DNA of 63,098 nucleotides, the filler included, from Octopus bimaculoides (Eukaryota): the NCBI RefSeq assembly GCF_001194135.2. It is 5 parts of 5 records of this genome, joined end to end, with 100 filler letters (N's around TTAATTAATTAA, not from the genome) between each part and the next. Parts side by side here need not be neighbours in the genome. Positions count along the whole stretch, not along the records: positions 9,931 to 23,934 come from NC_068986.1; positions 24,035 to 42,434 come from NW_026417859.1; 3 more parts are not named here. One strand, written 5' to 3'. Position 1 is the stretch's first letter. Every line of letters begins with the position of its first letter. Below, in pieces: positions 12,440 through 24,387 of the stretch. The position numbers and the translations under genes were made by a program. Below the pieces are notes generated by a model. It worked only from the letters and a program-made list of their open reading frames with translations, was not told the origin of the DNA and made no database searches.

Positions 12440-12670
12440 AGTACCGCCTGACTGGCCTTCGTGCTGGTGGCACGTAAAAGCACCCACTACACTCTCAGAG
12501 TGGTTGGCGTTAGGAAGGGCATCCAGCTGTAGAAACCTTACCAAATCAGATTGGAGCCTGGTGTAGCCATCTGGTTTCACCAGTCCTCGGTCAAATCGTC
12601 CAACCCATGCTAGCATGGAAAGCGGACGTTAAACGACGACGACGACGACGATGACGATGATGATGATGAC
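12440..12670 (+). mobile_element. RTE-type LINE 3' tail ending in (GAC)/(GAT)n
   Basis: GAGTGGTTGGCGTTAGGAAGGGCATCCAGCTGTAGAAAC...GGACGTTAAACGACGACGACGACGACGATGAC. Confidence 0.75.
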
Positions 12671-13041
12671 CACCTGGTCTTTAGGTGTCTTTGGTGGAAT
12701 TCACTATGTTGCAAACACCCACTCACATTTATCTGCAAAGCATTCATGTTGACATGCAGATGTTCAGGGCCCCATGTCAAAACTCAGCAGTTTGACAGGG
12801 CCTGCTAGGGGTTAGGGTTAGGGGCATAGACACGCCTCCTGATTAACATATAAATAAAACCCAATCAACCACGAGTCAGCCTTTTATTCGTATATTTATT
12901 TGCTTCAGTCGGCATAGTTATGTGCTTTGTCCAGTGACACAACACAATCACCCTTGTCAGGTTTGATCCCCTGACCAAGTGCTTAAGTAGTCTATTGTCT
13001 TCATCACAACCCATGAATGAGTTCCCTATACACATTAACTC

Positions 13042-13077
<36 letters not shown>

Positions 13078-13384
13078 CTCTTTTACTTGTTTCAGTCATT
13101 TGACTGCGGCCATGCTGGAGCACCGCCTCTAGTCGAGAAATTCTTTGTAAGCCTAGTACTTATTCTATCGGTCTCTTTTTGCATACAAACACACACACAC
13201 ACACACACATATATATACATATATACGACGGGCTTCTTTCAGTTTCCGTCTACCAAATCCACTCACAAGGCTTTGGTCGGCCCGAGGCTATAGTAGAAGA
13301 CACTTGCCCAAGATGCCACGCAGTGGGACTGAACCCGGAACCATGTGGTTGGTAAGCAAGCTACTAACCACACAGCCACTCCTG
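13078..13384 (-). mobile_element. SINE family 1, internally deleted
   Basis: Tail and head both present as reverse complements; middle partly missing. Confidence 0.9.
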
Positions 13385-14022
13385 TGCGTGTGTGCTTCTT
13401 TGTGATGTGTAATCGTGTCTGGTGTGTTATGTAATTGTGTGCTTGAGACAGAAGCTGACATAGAATTCTCCCTTTATGTTAGAAAGCATTTTTAATTTTC
13501 TCGTGTGTGTGTGTGTAATTATTTATATCTAATTTACCACGGTCGTTAAGCCATCGGCTATATATATATATATTCCAACTACCATATCTAAACCATTTTC
13601 TTTACCACCGCCACCACATCCACCACCACCATCATTAGCTTGTTCACCGGGCTAATCCACAAATTATCAACAGTAACAATTTAATTTCTATGCACCAAGA
13701 GGATTAATAAATCGGAGGGTAGCAGCAGATAGTTTTAACTTTCTATTTGCTGATGCGTATGTAAGCTTTCTGTTTCCGAGGTGTGTGTATGTTTGTTTAT
13801 CATGGTTAAGCGGCGGCAAATCAAACGCAGCTTTTTTGTATGTTTATTTATTTATTATTCATAAACAACTTGATTTGTCATCAGAGACAACAGCAACAGT
13901 CAACCACTTTCTACCATTTCCTTTATATTTTTCATATAGAATTTTTCTTTTTTTTTTGCTTTTCCATTTTTGTTGTTTTTTTCTTTTCCATTTTTGTTGC
14001 TTTTTGACAGTTATTTTCTTAG

Positions 14023-14074
14023 AAGACATGTCTGGCCCTCCATACCCCATCCCCATTGCTGCCAAGCTTCATCG
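14023..14074 (+). CDS. Candidate exon (DMSGPPYPIPIAAKLHR), product unknown
   Basis: About 100-nt pyrimidine tract, TTCTTAG acceptor, GC-richer open frame and CG|GTTTGT donor. Confidence 0.4.
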
Positions 14075-14141
14075 GTTTGTCTTTCAGATTCTTGTTGAGA
14101 AGTATCTTCACTACATATTTTTATTTTTCCATCCATCTCTC

Positions 14142-14172
<31 letters not shown>

Positions 14173-14537
14173 ATTAAATTCTCGCAGACTTTAGGCAGTC
14201 TAAATATATTTGATTTCTGATAAGTGTTATGTAGCTAAAAAAAATAAATAAATAATTTTAATAATAAAAAAAATATACAAAAGCTCATGTGTAATAGCTT
14301 CCCATTATATTGATTGTGAAACTTCCAACTTGCCGCTCCTGTAAGCTTTCCTTGTTGAATACCTTAAAATATTCTTGTCATTGTATTTTACTACAACTTT
14401 TTGTTTTTCTCTTGCTGTTTTTTTTTGCTGTCAAAGTGCTTTATAATTCGTTTTTATATTTGTTATTACAATTCTTGTTCTATATATTTGATGAAGTGTG
14501 CAGTGGACACCTGCAAACAGTGAAAAATCACTTTTAA

Positions 14538-14711
14538 CCCTTCCAGACATATCCGGTACAAATATTCTACCTGTTTTATGTTCAAACTGGCTAGATCCGG
14601 CCTCTCAGACTCACTAACCTACAATGCCATTCTAAAAACAAATCGAAATCTCAAAGCTGTAAGATAATGCATGATTAATTAAAAGCAAGGTGAACAAGTG
14701 AGCATAAAGGG
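14538..14711. mobile_element. piggyBac-like MITE
   Basis: TTAA|CCCTT at the left end and AAAGGG|CTAA at the right end (CCC/GGG termini, TTAA-like TSD with one mismatch). Confidence 0.65.
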
Positions 14712-14769
14712 CTAAAGACAGGTGCTACTAAGATCTGAACTGAGAAATATTATGTCTTTACTGCTCCTG

Positions 14770-15283
14770 CTACTTGTGCCCCTCCCCCCTTCTCGATCAC
14801 TATCGTCTTCCTTCCAACCTTCCCCGTTTTAGCAGTCTGCACTCCACTCTTCTCCCTCATTCACCATCCCATATAATCTTAGAACCCACTCACTCTCTGT
14901 CTTCTACACAGCTTTTGCCTTCTGAGCACCATATCACCATTTTCTTTGTCTTTAGGATCCTACTGCTCATTCCCCACCTTTTTTTAGCAGCCTTGCAGAC
15001 CCATCTGCAGGGACCTGCTCTGTCCATCTCTCTCTTGTAGCAATCCCCTCATCCCCTAGCATAAAGATGACCTACCAACCTACCTCAGGGCTTGTGGTCC
15101 CTGTGGGCTACATAGTGACCTCAATAATGTGAGTGGCATGAAAATAGCACCCGGTCTATTCTGGAAAGTGATTGCCGTTAGGAAGGGCATCCAGCCCCAG
15201 AGACCATGATCGCAAGTCCGCTGCCCTAGCCACTGGGCCATTGCGCCTCCACGGAACATGAGCGTTAAATGATGATGATGATC
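14770..15283 (+). mobile_element. RTE-type LINE 3' region ending in (GAT)n, interrupted by a SINE3 head
   Basis: CCGTTAGGAAGGGCATCCAGCC and GCGTTAAATGATGATGATGAT match the 12440 copy. The upstream pyrimidine-rich part is assigned by recall. Confidence 0.6.
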
Positions 15284-15849
15284 TTAACATACATCTTGTT
15301 GCTTGGACACAGAGATATAATCATGCAATGTTTGCATGTGTCATATTTAAATGGATTCTAAAATAATAATATGAAAAAAAAAAATGAATGTCATTTAGTC
15401 AATTGCTTATTTGTCTTTTGACAGCTGAAGCCTTGCGTTGCATTTATACCTTGCCCAAGATGTTAGCAAACCACTGATTGTGGACAAAAGATGCATAGTT
15501 AAAAAGTTCAATTCCCAACTATTTGGTTCTTAGTTAAACTCCACCCTCTTAGCACCCCCGTGGGAGTGTATTCTATAAAAACCTCATATAGACCAATAAC
15601 ATGAATGGAATTTGGCAAATGAAAACTGTGTGTGTGCGTCTTTTGGTGAATGATATAAAAGCAGGAGTGAGAAAGCAAAAAGCCAGTGACACATTAGTTT
15701 CTCTGATGCAAAATGCAGTGAACCAGTGCTCAGATCATGGGGAACTTTGTAGCCATGACGCTGCACTTATTCATAAATTGCATTACAAAATGAAAATATG
15801 TAAATAAATAATTAGCTAGCTTCCCTTTTATTGCATCCAGTCAATCAGT

Positions 15850-16190
15850 AGGGGCACTGGCCATGAGGTCTATTGCAGCCTTGTGTTTGGTAGTTGGTGA
15901 ACGAGGCAAGTTTGATGTCACTGCCTTCATTTGCATCTCATGCTGTGATATGGGGGTCACTGCCATGAGGTCTGTTGCTGCCTTGTACTTGGTATTTCTT
16001 CAACGAAGTTTTGCGTTGTGGTCCCCCCAGCTCCCTTTCTGACTCCTGCTTCTGATATAAGGTCATTTGGTATATTATATGTTGTCAGACGTCCAAGTAT
16101 TCTCTGAAAGTGTTGACATTTACTCCAGGAATATTTCTTATGCTTTGAAGTGAGACCATTGATTAGCGAGCTGCGAGTGGTTAGTTCAAT
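15850..16190 (-). pseudogene. CR1/L2-group LINE ORF2 C-terminal remnant
   Basis: Minus strand reads IRNIPGVNVNTFREYLDV* then IPND, resembling the LP..IRN..GV.V..FK..LD..L..IPD.P end of CR1-like ORF2. A ~45-bp direct repeat lies in its 3' part. Confidence 0.55.
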
Positions 16191-16334
16191 TTTTAATTCA
16201 GAATTCTACAAAATGGTAGATTCCATTCAGTAGAAAGTCAGCGTTTTGATTGATACAGAACTAAGCTCTCAAGATATACAGCTAACTTGAAAAAAAAATT
16301 ACAGTATTGTCTTATTTTATCGTTTATATTTTAC

Positions 16335-16630
16335 TTATTTCTGTCATTTGACTGTGTTCATGCTGGGGCACTGCGTTGAATTTTTATTCAAATGAATTGA
16401 CCCCTGTACTTTGGTAAGTCTAGTACTTGTCTCATTGGTCTTTTTGTCAAACCACTAAGTTATAGGGACGTAAACACATCAACACCAGTTGTTGGAGGCG
16501 GTCCAGTTTCCACCTACCACTCACAATTGGTCGGCCTGAAGCTATTGAAGACACTTGCCAAAGGTGCCACGCAGTGGGACTGATCCTGGAACTATGTGGT
16601 TGTGAAGTAAGCTTCTTAGCATACAACCAT
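16335..16630 (-). mobile_element. SINE family 1, degenerate
   Basis: gtcatttgactgtgttcatgctggggcac...ggtgccacgcagtgggactga. Confidence 0.8.
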
Positions 16631-16727
16631 GCCTTTTTAGTAAAAAAAAAAAAAAAAAAGCTATGGGTTTGCTGTTTTATTTCAATTACTTCATAAGTGA
16701 AATAATATCAATGAGATCATCAAAATC

Positions 16728-16932
16728 TTTACTCTTTTACTTGTTTCAGTCATTTGACTGCAGCCATGCTGGAGCACTGCCTTTAGTCGAGAAAATCGAC
16801 CCCAGGACTTATTCTTTGTAAGCTTAGTACTTATTCTATCGGTCTCTTTTTGCCGAACCGCTAAGTTACGGGGACGTAAACACACCAGCATCGGTTGTCA
16901 AGCGATGTTGGGGGGACAGACACACAAACACA

Positions 16933-16963
<31 letters not shown>

Positions 16964-17060
16964 TACGACGGGATTCTTTCAGTTTCAGTCTACCAAATCC
17001 ACTCACAAGGCTTTGGTCGGCCCGAGGCTATAGTAGAAGAAACTTGCCTAAGGTGCCACG
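16728..17060 (-). mobile_element. SINE family 1, runs into gap
   Basis: Well-conserved reverse complement of ~1040-1389. Confidence 0.9.
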
Positions 17061-17944
17061 NNNNNNNNNNNNNNNNNNNNNNNNNNNNNNNNNNNNNNNN
17101 NNNNNNNNNNNNNNNNNNNNNNNNNNNNNNNNNNNNNNNNNNNNNNNNNNNNNNNNNNNNNNNNNNNNNNNNNNNNNNNNNNNNNNNNNNNNNNNNNNNN
17201 NNNNNNNNNNNNNNNNNNNNNNNNNNNNNNNNNNNNNNNNNNNNNNNNNNNNNNNNNNNGTTGTTCCTTCTTTCATTTCCATTATATTTCTGCTTTTCAA
17301 TTCATCATTTTAAGATGTTAGCATTATTATTGTTATTAGTAGTACTACTACTGTTTTTGTTATTACTATTATTATTATCATCATCATCATCGTTATTATT
17401 TTAAACCGTTTGAGTGCGTGTGTGTGTGAGATCATTTACATTAATTATTCTTCACATTCTGACGGTTAACGACGTTCTTTTGGAAATATTTTAGATCTAC
17501 ATGTAGTTATCACTTGGGGTCTTTTGATGTTGCATTCCTTTCTCGTTTCCTTCTCTCTTCTTTCCTTCCCTCCTTCCTCTTCTGATGGAACACACTTCCC
17601 CCCTTCTCTTCAACCACCACTACCACCACCGCTACAACCATCCTTCTCTGCTTTGCTCTTTCTGAAGATCAGTGGTGTCGTTCTTGTCGTTTCTAAGTTC
17701 AAATATATTCAACATTCAGTCTCTCGTACGATGAATAAGTTCATTATTATTAAAACAATTGTAATGTTAATTACCTTTTAATGCTAATTATGAAAATTAT
17801 AAATAAACTAGATGCATAAATAACTTTATAATTGCTTGGTTGCTGATATCCTTTTATATTAATACTAAATTTAATAAATCTTCTTTGTCGTCATGTGGCG
17901 TACGATATAAAATGAAAAGATCCAGTGAAGAAGGGGTTCTTCAT

Positions 17945-18135
17945 GTGGTTGCTCAACCTGCTAGACATAGCAACCAAATCTTTTTCATGTGAGGAAGGAT
18001 TCGTTGGAGATAATTTGCTCTGTGATGCATGATCTGATGAAAACAATAATAAAATAAAAGTAAAAATAAGGGTGTCAATGTGATCACTCAACCTGCTAGA
18101 TATAGCAGCCAAACCTTCCACATCAAGGGAAGGAT
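17945..18135. repeat. Two tandem copies of the unclassified GCTAGAAATAGCAGCCAAA repeat
   Basis: ctcaacctgctagacatagcaaccaaa and ctcaacctgctagatatagcagccaaa, ~135 bp apart. Confidence 0.7.
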
Positions 18136-18244
18136 ACATTGGAGATTGTTCATTCTGAGATGCACGGTGTTTTACCAAAAATGAAGAAAGAAATTAAAAA
18201 TATAAAATTTGTTTGGACTTCCATTGCTGTTTCTGTTAAATCAG

Positions 18245-18345
18245 CGCTGACTTAGCGATCAACTCTGAGAAGGATGAAAGACAAAGTTGATTTCAGCAGC
18301 ATTTGAACTCAGAATGTAAAGGCTTGCTAATGATTCTGCTTGCTC
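18245..18345 (-). mobile_element. SINE family 2 fragment
   Basis: aaggatgaaagacaaagttgatttcagcagcatttgaactcagaatgt...gattctgcttgctctctgcc. Confidence 0.7.
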
Positions 18346-18364
18346 TCTGCCTTAATGATAATAC

Positions 18365-19195
18365 AAACAACCCTTTTCTACTATAAGCACAAGGCCTGAA
18401 AATTTTAGCGGGAGGCGACTAATCGATTACAACTACTCAGTACGTAACTGGTACTTATTTTATCAACTCTGAAAGGATGAATGGTAAAGTCAATCTTGGT
18501 GGAATTTGAACTGAGACTGTAAGAATGGTCGAAAATGTCTCGGATCTTGTTCAAAACGGGGGCACCAGTTTTCATTTATGTTTTATGTAGTGTTTTTGGT
18601 ACCGAAAGACTTTCAAACTTCGTATACTTATCTATTTTGTGTTATAGAACAGAAAAAAATTTTTGTATTGGAATTTATTTCATGTAAAAAATTGTCTTAT
18701 TTCGATAATTTCTGCTAATCACTGACGTCTATTCAGTTGAAAACAGTTAGCGCTGTAACGGTGTATATCGTATTAATCCCCTNNNNNNNNNNGAACTCTA
18801 AAATTGTTACACACATAGATACGCACAGCGTAATTTATTATATAAACAATATATGCGTATAAATTACGATTAAACCGGATGAAATATGTCACAGGGAATA
18901 ACATTTTTATGACCGGCCAGCAGTAACTCTATTCAGCTGAATAGATGTCAGTGATTGGTTGAAATTACAGAAATACGACAACTTTAACATGGAATAACTT
19001 GCAATGTACGTTTTTTTGTTAAGAAGACTAAGAGTAAAAGATGTTTTATATGACACATCCTACCAGTGTCCCAAGTTTCAAAGTGTTTCGTTAGTGTTTC
19101 GTTAAGAAAATACTGGTGCCCCCGTTTTGAAATAGATCCAATGTCTCTAGGCATTTTGTCTGGTGTTCTGATGATTCTTCCAGCTCACTGCTTTG
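18365..19195 (-). mobile_element. SINE family 2 copy split by a MITE
   Basis: Removing 18542-19147 rejoins a continuous SINE2 (minus strand ...gacaaaatgcctagagacattttcgaccattcttacagtctcagttcaaattcc...). Confidence 0.8.
18542..19139. mobile_element. MITE with 28-bp TIRs and 8-bp TSD (GG termini; Merlin-like, unconfirmed)
   Basis: Left TIR GGATCTTGTTCAAAACGGGGGCACCAGT; right TIR reverse-complemented GGATCTATTTCAAAACGGGGGCACCAGT. TSD AATGTCTC at 18534-18541 and 19140-19147. Confidence 0.9.
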
Positions 19196-19734
19196 AATAA
19201 TGATAATAATGATGATGATGATAACAACAACAACAACAACAACAACAACAAATGAATTTGGGACAAAAGTCCTAGCCTTGAGTGTTCATTTTGTTGTTGG
19301 GTCACCTATAAACTACTAATGCTGATTGAGTTAGCCATGTTAGTGGTTGAGTATTCCACAGACATCTGTACTCTTACTGTAGTTCTGAGGCAAAAAAAAC
19401 AAAACGGTGTGACATAGTAGTAGTAGTTGTAATAGTAGTAGCAGCAGCATCATATTGTATTAGTAGTTAGGGATGGGTGGGTCCCTGACTAGCCTTGTAG
19501 TGCTAAGGTGTGTTTGCTTTTCAGATTTGAGATCAAATGTCAGTCATTGGAGTGGACTTTGGCCTTTCATCCTATGGTGGGGTGCATTTGAGGTCAGTCA
19601 TGATTCAATCACCTCTGTACCATGTCTCCTATGAATTTGTGGCCTTATTCCAAACTTATGAGTCATTATCATAGCACAAAAGTTTTACATGAAATCAGTT
19701 AATTGTTTACCATTCATAGGTCTCTTGTCAGTCA

Positions 19735-19736
<2 letters not shown>

Positions 19737-19826
<90 letters not shown>
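19737..19826. repeat. Perfect (TG)45 microsatellite
   Basis: Uninterrupted 90-bp TG run. Confidence 0.95.
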
Positions 19827-19828
<2 letters not shown>

Positions 19829-20267
19829 TCATTGATACAGGCTGTTGGGAATAAAATTACTTAGATATGACCGTGTTAAACAATAACAATGTGCACACAC
19901 AGTTATAATAATACTAAAGTAAGCTCATTTGTATTACTATTTGGCATTATCCCCGTTGAGTCATGTAAGACTACCCTTCATAACATAACAAGAAGCCTCT
20001 AATTTTTGAAGAAGAAATGTATTGTAAACAGTTATCTGTCTCCTGACATGCACTAAAAGCAAACAAGCCAACACTCGCTAATTTTGCTACGCTCCCACTG
20101 TCTACATTATCAAGCTGTATGTAGCTTCATAGTATTAACTAGTCTTAGCTAAAATGAAAAGGAAATGTAGTGTAAATTGATTAAAGTGTTTTGTTCTGTT
20201 ACAAATATAATGGTGGAAAATATATTTTCGACTTGTGAATAAGTTTCAAACAAAAGTCGAGTCTTAC

Positions 20268-20300
20268 CTCGCCTGTCTCCAGTTTGACTAGCTTTTAAAT
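20268..20300 (-). CDS. Candidate 33-nt exon (DLKASQTGDRRG if coding), product unknown
   Basis: Minus strand: TTTCTGTTTTGTTATAG acceptor, GAG|GTAAGA donor, open phase 1-1 frame. Could be a UTR exon. Confidence 0.4.
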
Positions 20301-20639
20301 CTATAACAAAACAGAAATAAATTAGATTGGAGATTGGAAAGCTGAGCACCAACATGTTCTAAGTAACACTGTATAACATACAATTCACCCCCTGCATGTT
20401 AGAAAAGCATGCTGCATGATACTCAACCTGGTGGAAATATGGTAAATCCAAAAGTTTTGAATGTGTATTGCACGTTGTCAGTCATTTGGCTAACTACTTT
20501 TGTACCATTATAAGTTTCACGGTAACTAACCTACTTTGATCTAAATTGTATAGATATACACAAACAGAATGGTCAGTGGTAAAAGAATAATATGTCTAGT
20601 CTGCCACATTACATACCATTTCACTCATTATCTTCGCCG

Positions 20640-20790
20640 TCAACATTTAACATCTGTTTTCTATGCTGTATTAGGTTGGATGGCTTAACATGAAGAGGCA
20701 AGGCCAAGTTCCATAGTCTGTTTTTGGCTTGGTTTCTACTGCTGGATGCCTTTCCTAATGTCAGTCACTTAACAGAGAATCGGAGGATAA
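20640..20790 (-). mobile_element. RTE-type 3' tail, degenerate
   Basis: tttaacatctgttttctatgc...tttctactgctggatgcctttcctaatgtca; same family as 12440. Confidence 0.6.
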
Positions 20791-20892
20791 GCACGAGCTG
20801 TCTGCTGGTATCCTTGGTTGTCTGTTTTTAATGAAATTTGCTTAGATAATGTATATCATAGAAAGCTGCAGTAGAATATATATATTCTTATA

Positions 20893-21190
20893 TTCTTTTA
20901 CTTGTTTCAGTCATTTGACTGCGGCCATGATGGAACGTCGCCTTTAGTCAAGCGAATGGACTCCGCTAAGTTACGGGGACGTAAACACACCAGCATCGGT
21001 TGTCAAGCGATGTTGGGCAGGTCAAACACAGACACACAAACATGCGCGCACGCGCGCACCAAATGCACTCACAAAGCTTTGGTCAGCCCGAGACTATAGT
21101 AGAAGACACCCAAGGTGCCACGCAGTGGGACTGAACCCGGAACCATGTGGTTGGTGAGCGAGCTACTTACCACACAGCCACTCATGCGCC
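20893..21190 (-). mobile_element. SINE family 1, internally deleted
   Basis: Tail and head both recognisable on the minus strand. Confidence 0.85.
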
Positions 21191-22044
21191 TCTATATATT
21201 ATATACACACAGTTGTTATGAGTCAGTTGGTGAAATTAAAAGTAACCAGTAATATGTTAGGGGAGAGGAAAGAGTTAATGTAAGCAACACCTACAGAAAA
21301 TTCTTCTTGTACCAACTTCAAAGAAATCAGTATTCTTATTATTTATTATTTTTTTTTTTGTTAACAAACTTCTGAATTTTTTTTATTTTTAAGAAATTGC
21401 TGTAGGTTTCATAAGTATACTAATTATTCCACTTCAGTTTTACCAATATTTTTATTCCGATTTGATATACACTGTACATATGCGTAAAGATATATGTATC
21501 ACATGGTGTGTGTGTGTGTGTGTGTGTGTGTGTATTCATGTATGTGATATACGTGTACGTCTGTTTATGACAACAAACCTACTTACATTGGCAATGTCTT
21601 TGAGAAAAAGAAGAAGAAAAAAAAAAGTGCCATGAATGTCACACAATCTTATTATCCTCCGTCAAAAGAAATGAAAACGTAAACCTTATTCCTAATTGTG
21701 AAATCAATATTGTTTTGCGTGGTCACAGTGGTAGACAGAGATGAACCGAGACAAGTAGAACATCGCACTTTATCGTATCCAGTTCAGTATCCGGTACATT
21801 GTTGTTTAGAGTTCAAACTGAGTTTATCCGCAGACTATGTGCTTTTTATTACTTTCTTTCTTTCTTTTTTTGTGTTTCTTTTTCAAGACACTAAAATATT
21901 GTTTGGGGGGAGAGTTGCTTGCTATTTATAGAATGCGAGATGTACGGTGTAGAAGCTAACCTTGTTTATTAGTTCGTAAAGTACCAGTGATATAATAGGT
22001 CTGCTTTGAGCTGTAATACTTGTCCTTGCTTCTCTGGAGATTAT

Positions 22045-22076
<32 letters not shown>

Positions 22077-23297
22077 NNNNNNNNNNNNNNNNNNNNNNNN
22101 NNNNNNNNNNNNNNNNNNNNNNNNNNNNNNNNNNNNNNNNNNNNNNNNNNNNNNNNNNNNNNNNNNNNNNNNNNNNNNNNNNNNNNNNNNNNNNNNNNNN
22201 NNNNNNNNNNNNNNNNNNNNNNNNNNNNNNNNNNNNNNNNNNNNNNNNNNNNNNNNNNNNNNNNNNNNNNNNNNNNNNNNNNNNNNNNNNNNNNNNNNNN
22301 NNNNNNNNNNNNNNNNNNNNNNNNNNNNNNNNNNNNNNNNNNNNNNNNNNNNNNNNNNNNNNNNNNNNNNNNNNNNNNNNNNNNNNNNNNNNNNNNNNNN
22401 NNNNNNNNNNNNNNNNNNNNNNNNNNNNNNNNNNNNNNNNNNNNNNNNNNNNNNNNNNNNNNNNNNNNNNNNNNNNNNNNNNNNNNNNNNNNNNNNNNNN
22501 NNNNNNNNNNNNNNNNNNNNNNNNNNNNNNNNNNNNNNNNNNNNNNNNNNNNNNNNNNNNNNNNNNNNNNNNNNNNNNNNNNNNNNNNNNNNNNNNNNNN
22601 NNNNNNNNNNNNNNNNNNNNNNNNNNNNNNNNNNNNNNNNNNNNNNNNNNNNNNNNNNNNNNNNNNNNNNNNNNNNNNNNNNNNNNNNNNNNNNNNNNNN
22701 NNNNNNNNNNNNNNNNNNNNNNNNNNNNNNNNNNNNNNNNNNNNNNNNNNNNNNNNNNNNNNNNNNNNNNNNNNNNNNNNNNNNNNNNNNNNNNNNNNNN
22801 NNNNNNNNNNNNNNNNNNNNNNNNNNNNNNNNNNNNNNNNNNNNNNNNNNNNNNNNNNNNNNNNNNNNNNNNNNNNNNNNNNNNNNNNNNNNNNNNNNNN
22901 NNNNNNNNNNNNNNNNNNNNNNNNNNNNNNNNNNNNNNNNNNNNNNNNNNNNNNNNNNNNNNNNNNNNNNNNNNNNNNNNNNNNNNNNNNNNNNNNNNNN
23001 NNNNNNNNNNNNNNNNNNNNNNNNNNNNNNNNNNNNNNNNNNNNNNNNNNNNNNNNNNNNNNNNNNTATCTCTTTGATTGCTTGTCTCAAAAAGTACACT
23101 AATTTATCTGGTATTTCACTAACCTTTTACTTTTTGTTTTAGTTTTGCTTTTGTTACATCTTTTATCTGTTTCCTTTTTCTTTCTTCTTTCTTTTCTTTT
23201 TGTTTTATTTGTTTTCTTATATGCATTTCCATTTTTACTCCTTCACTCATCTTCTGTTGTTGCTGTTGCTGCTGCCGCTGTCGTGATCTCCTCTTAG

Positions 23298-23339
23298 ATT
23301 GGTGTCTTTTGCACTTGACAGTGCATCATTCCATCATAA
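23298..23339 (+). CDS. Candidate exon (LVSFALDSASFHH), product unknown
   Basis: Long upstream pyrimidine tract, CTCTTAG acceptor, AA|GTAATT donor. Phase is compatible with the 14023-14074 candidate. Confidence 0.3.
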
Positions 23340-23898
23340 GTAATTAAAATCTACCTGCAGAACTTGTCAATACGAGGCAAAGCTCCTCTGTCTCTTTCTT
23401 CCTTTCTTGTGTGTGTGTGTGTGTGTGTGTGCNNNNNNNNNNGGTGTTGATGCTGTGGAACAAAGAAATTGTTTATTTTTTATTAGAAATAAAACAAATA
23501 AAACCTTCAGGTGCCAAAAATGGTTTCCTTAATTGAATTTCTATTAATAGCCATTCTTTAATGACATGTAGGGTCACCGTATTTCGTTATGCAACCATAA
23601 CATACTACAAAGTATATTAAACATTTTTATAATTCAATACTGTGTTAGCAGTGCTATTACACCACTTGATAAGGTTATATCTACAGATTTTCTATAGAAA
23701 TTGTAGCCAGTCAGTACTGGCTATAATTTCTATGGAAAATCTGTTCAGATAACCATAAGTCATTCTTGAATTCTCAAAACCCTACTGTACCTAACTTGTT
23801 CATAATTAATGCTCATTCTTTAACTCGCCAAAACCCTTTTGGTCATGCCCTCTATTTGTCCTTTCCTACATGTTAAGTATTTCTCTTTGTTTATAATG

Positions 23899-23934
<36 letters not shown>

Positions 23935-24034
23935 NNNNNNNNNNNNNNNNNNNNNNNNNNNNNNNNNNNNNNNNNNNNTTAATTAATTAANNNNNNNNNN
24001 NNNNNNNNNNNNNNNNNNNNNNNNNNNNNNNNNN
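23935..24034. other. Assembly spacer (44 N + TTAATTAATTAA + 44 N)
   Basis: Identical to 9831-9930. Confidence 0.95.
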
Positions 24035-24345
24035 GGGAGAGAAAGATAGATAAAGAAAGAGAGAAAGAGAGATGCATTCATTCATTCATTCATAGATATA
24101 CGTGCACAACCCTAACCCTAACCCTATTTGTGTCCGTGCGTCTGAATCGATGCGTATCCCTTAAATCAAAGTGAACTAAAGGACTATTAGGGGACACACG
24201 TGTCACTACATGAATGACCCCTACGCTGCACAGGCCGCTCTCAGCCCTGCATGTGTATGTGTGTGTGTAGATGTGTACATCACTGCTTTACTAGTTTGCA
24301 CGTGTGTAACTTAGCTTCTTAGCATGAATCACTTCTCAGCACGAG

Positions 24346-24387
<42 letters not shown>

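Noticed and set aside
13859-14065. Lysine-rich minus-strand ORF
   Set aside because: It is the reverse complement of a polypyrimidine tract and has no homology cues.
24108-24125. (AACCCT)3 here and TTAGGG-like runs at 12806-12824 as interstitial telomeres
   Set aside because: Only two or three units; too short to support a telomere-fusion or healing claim.
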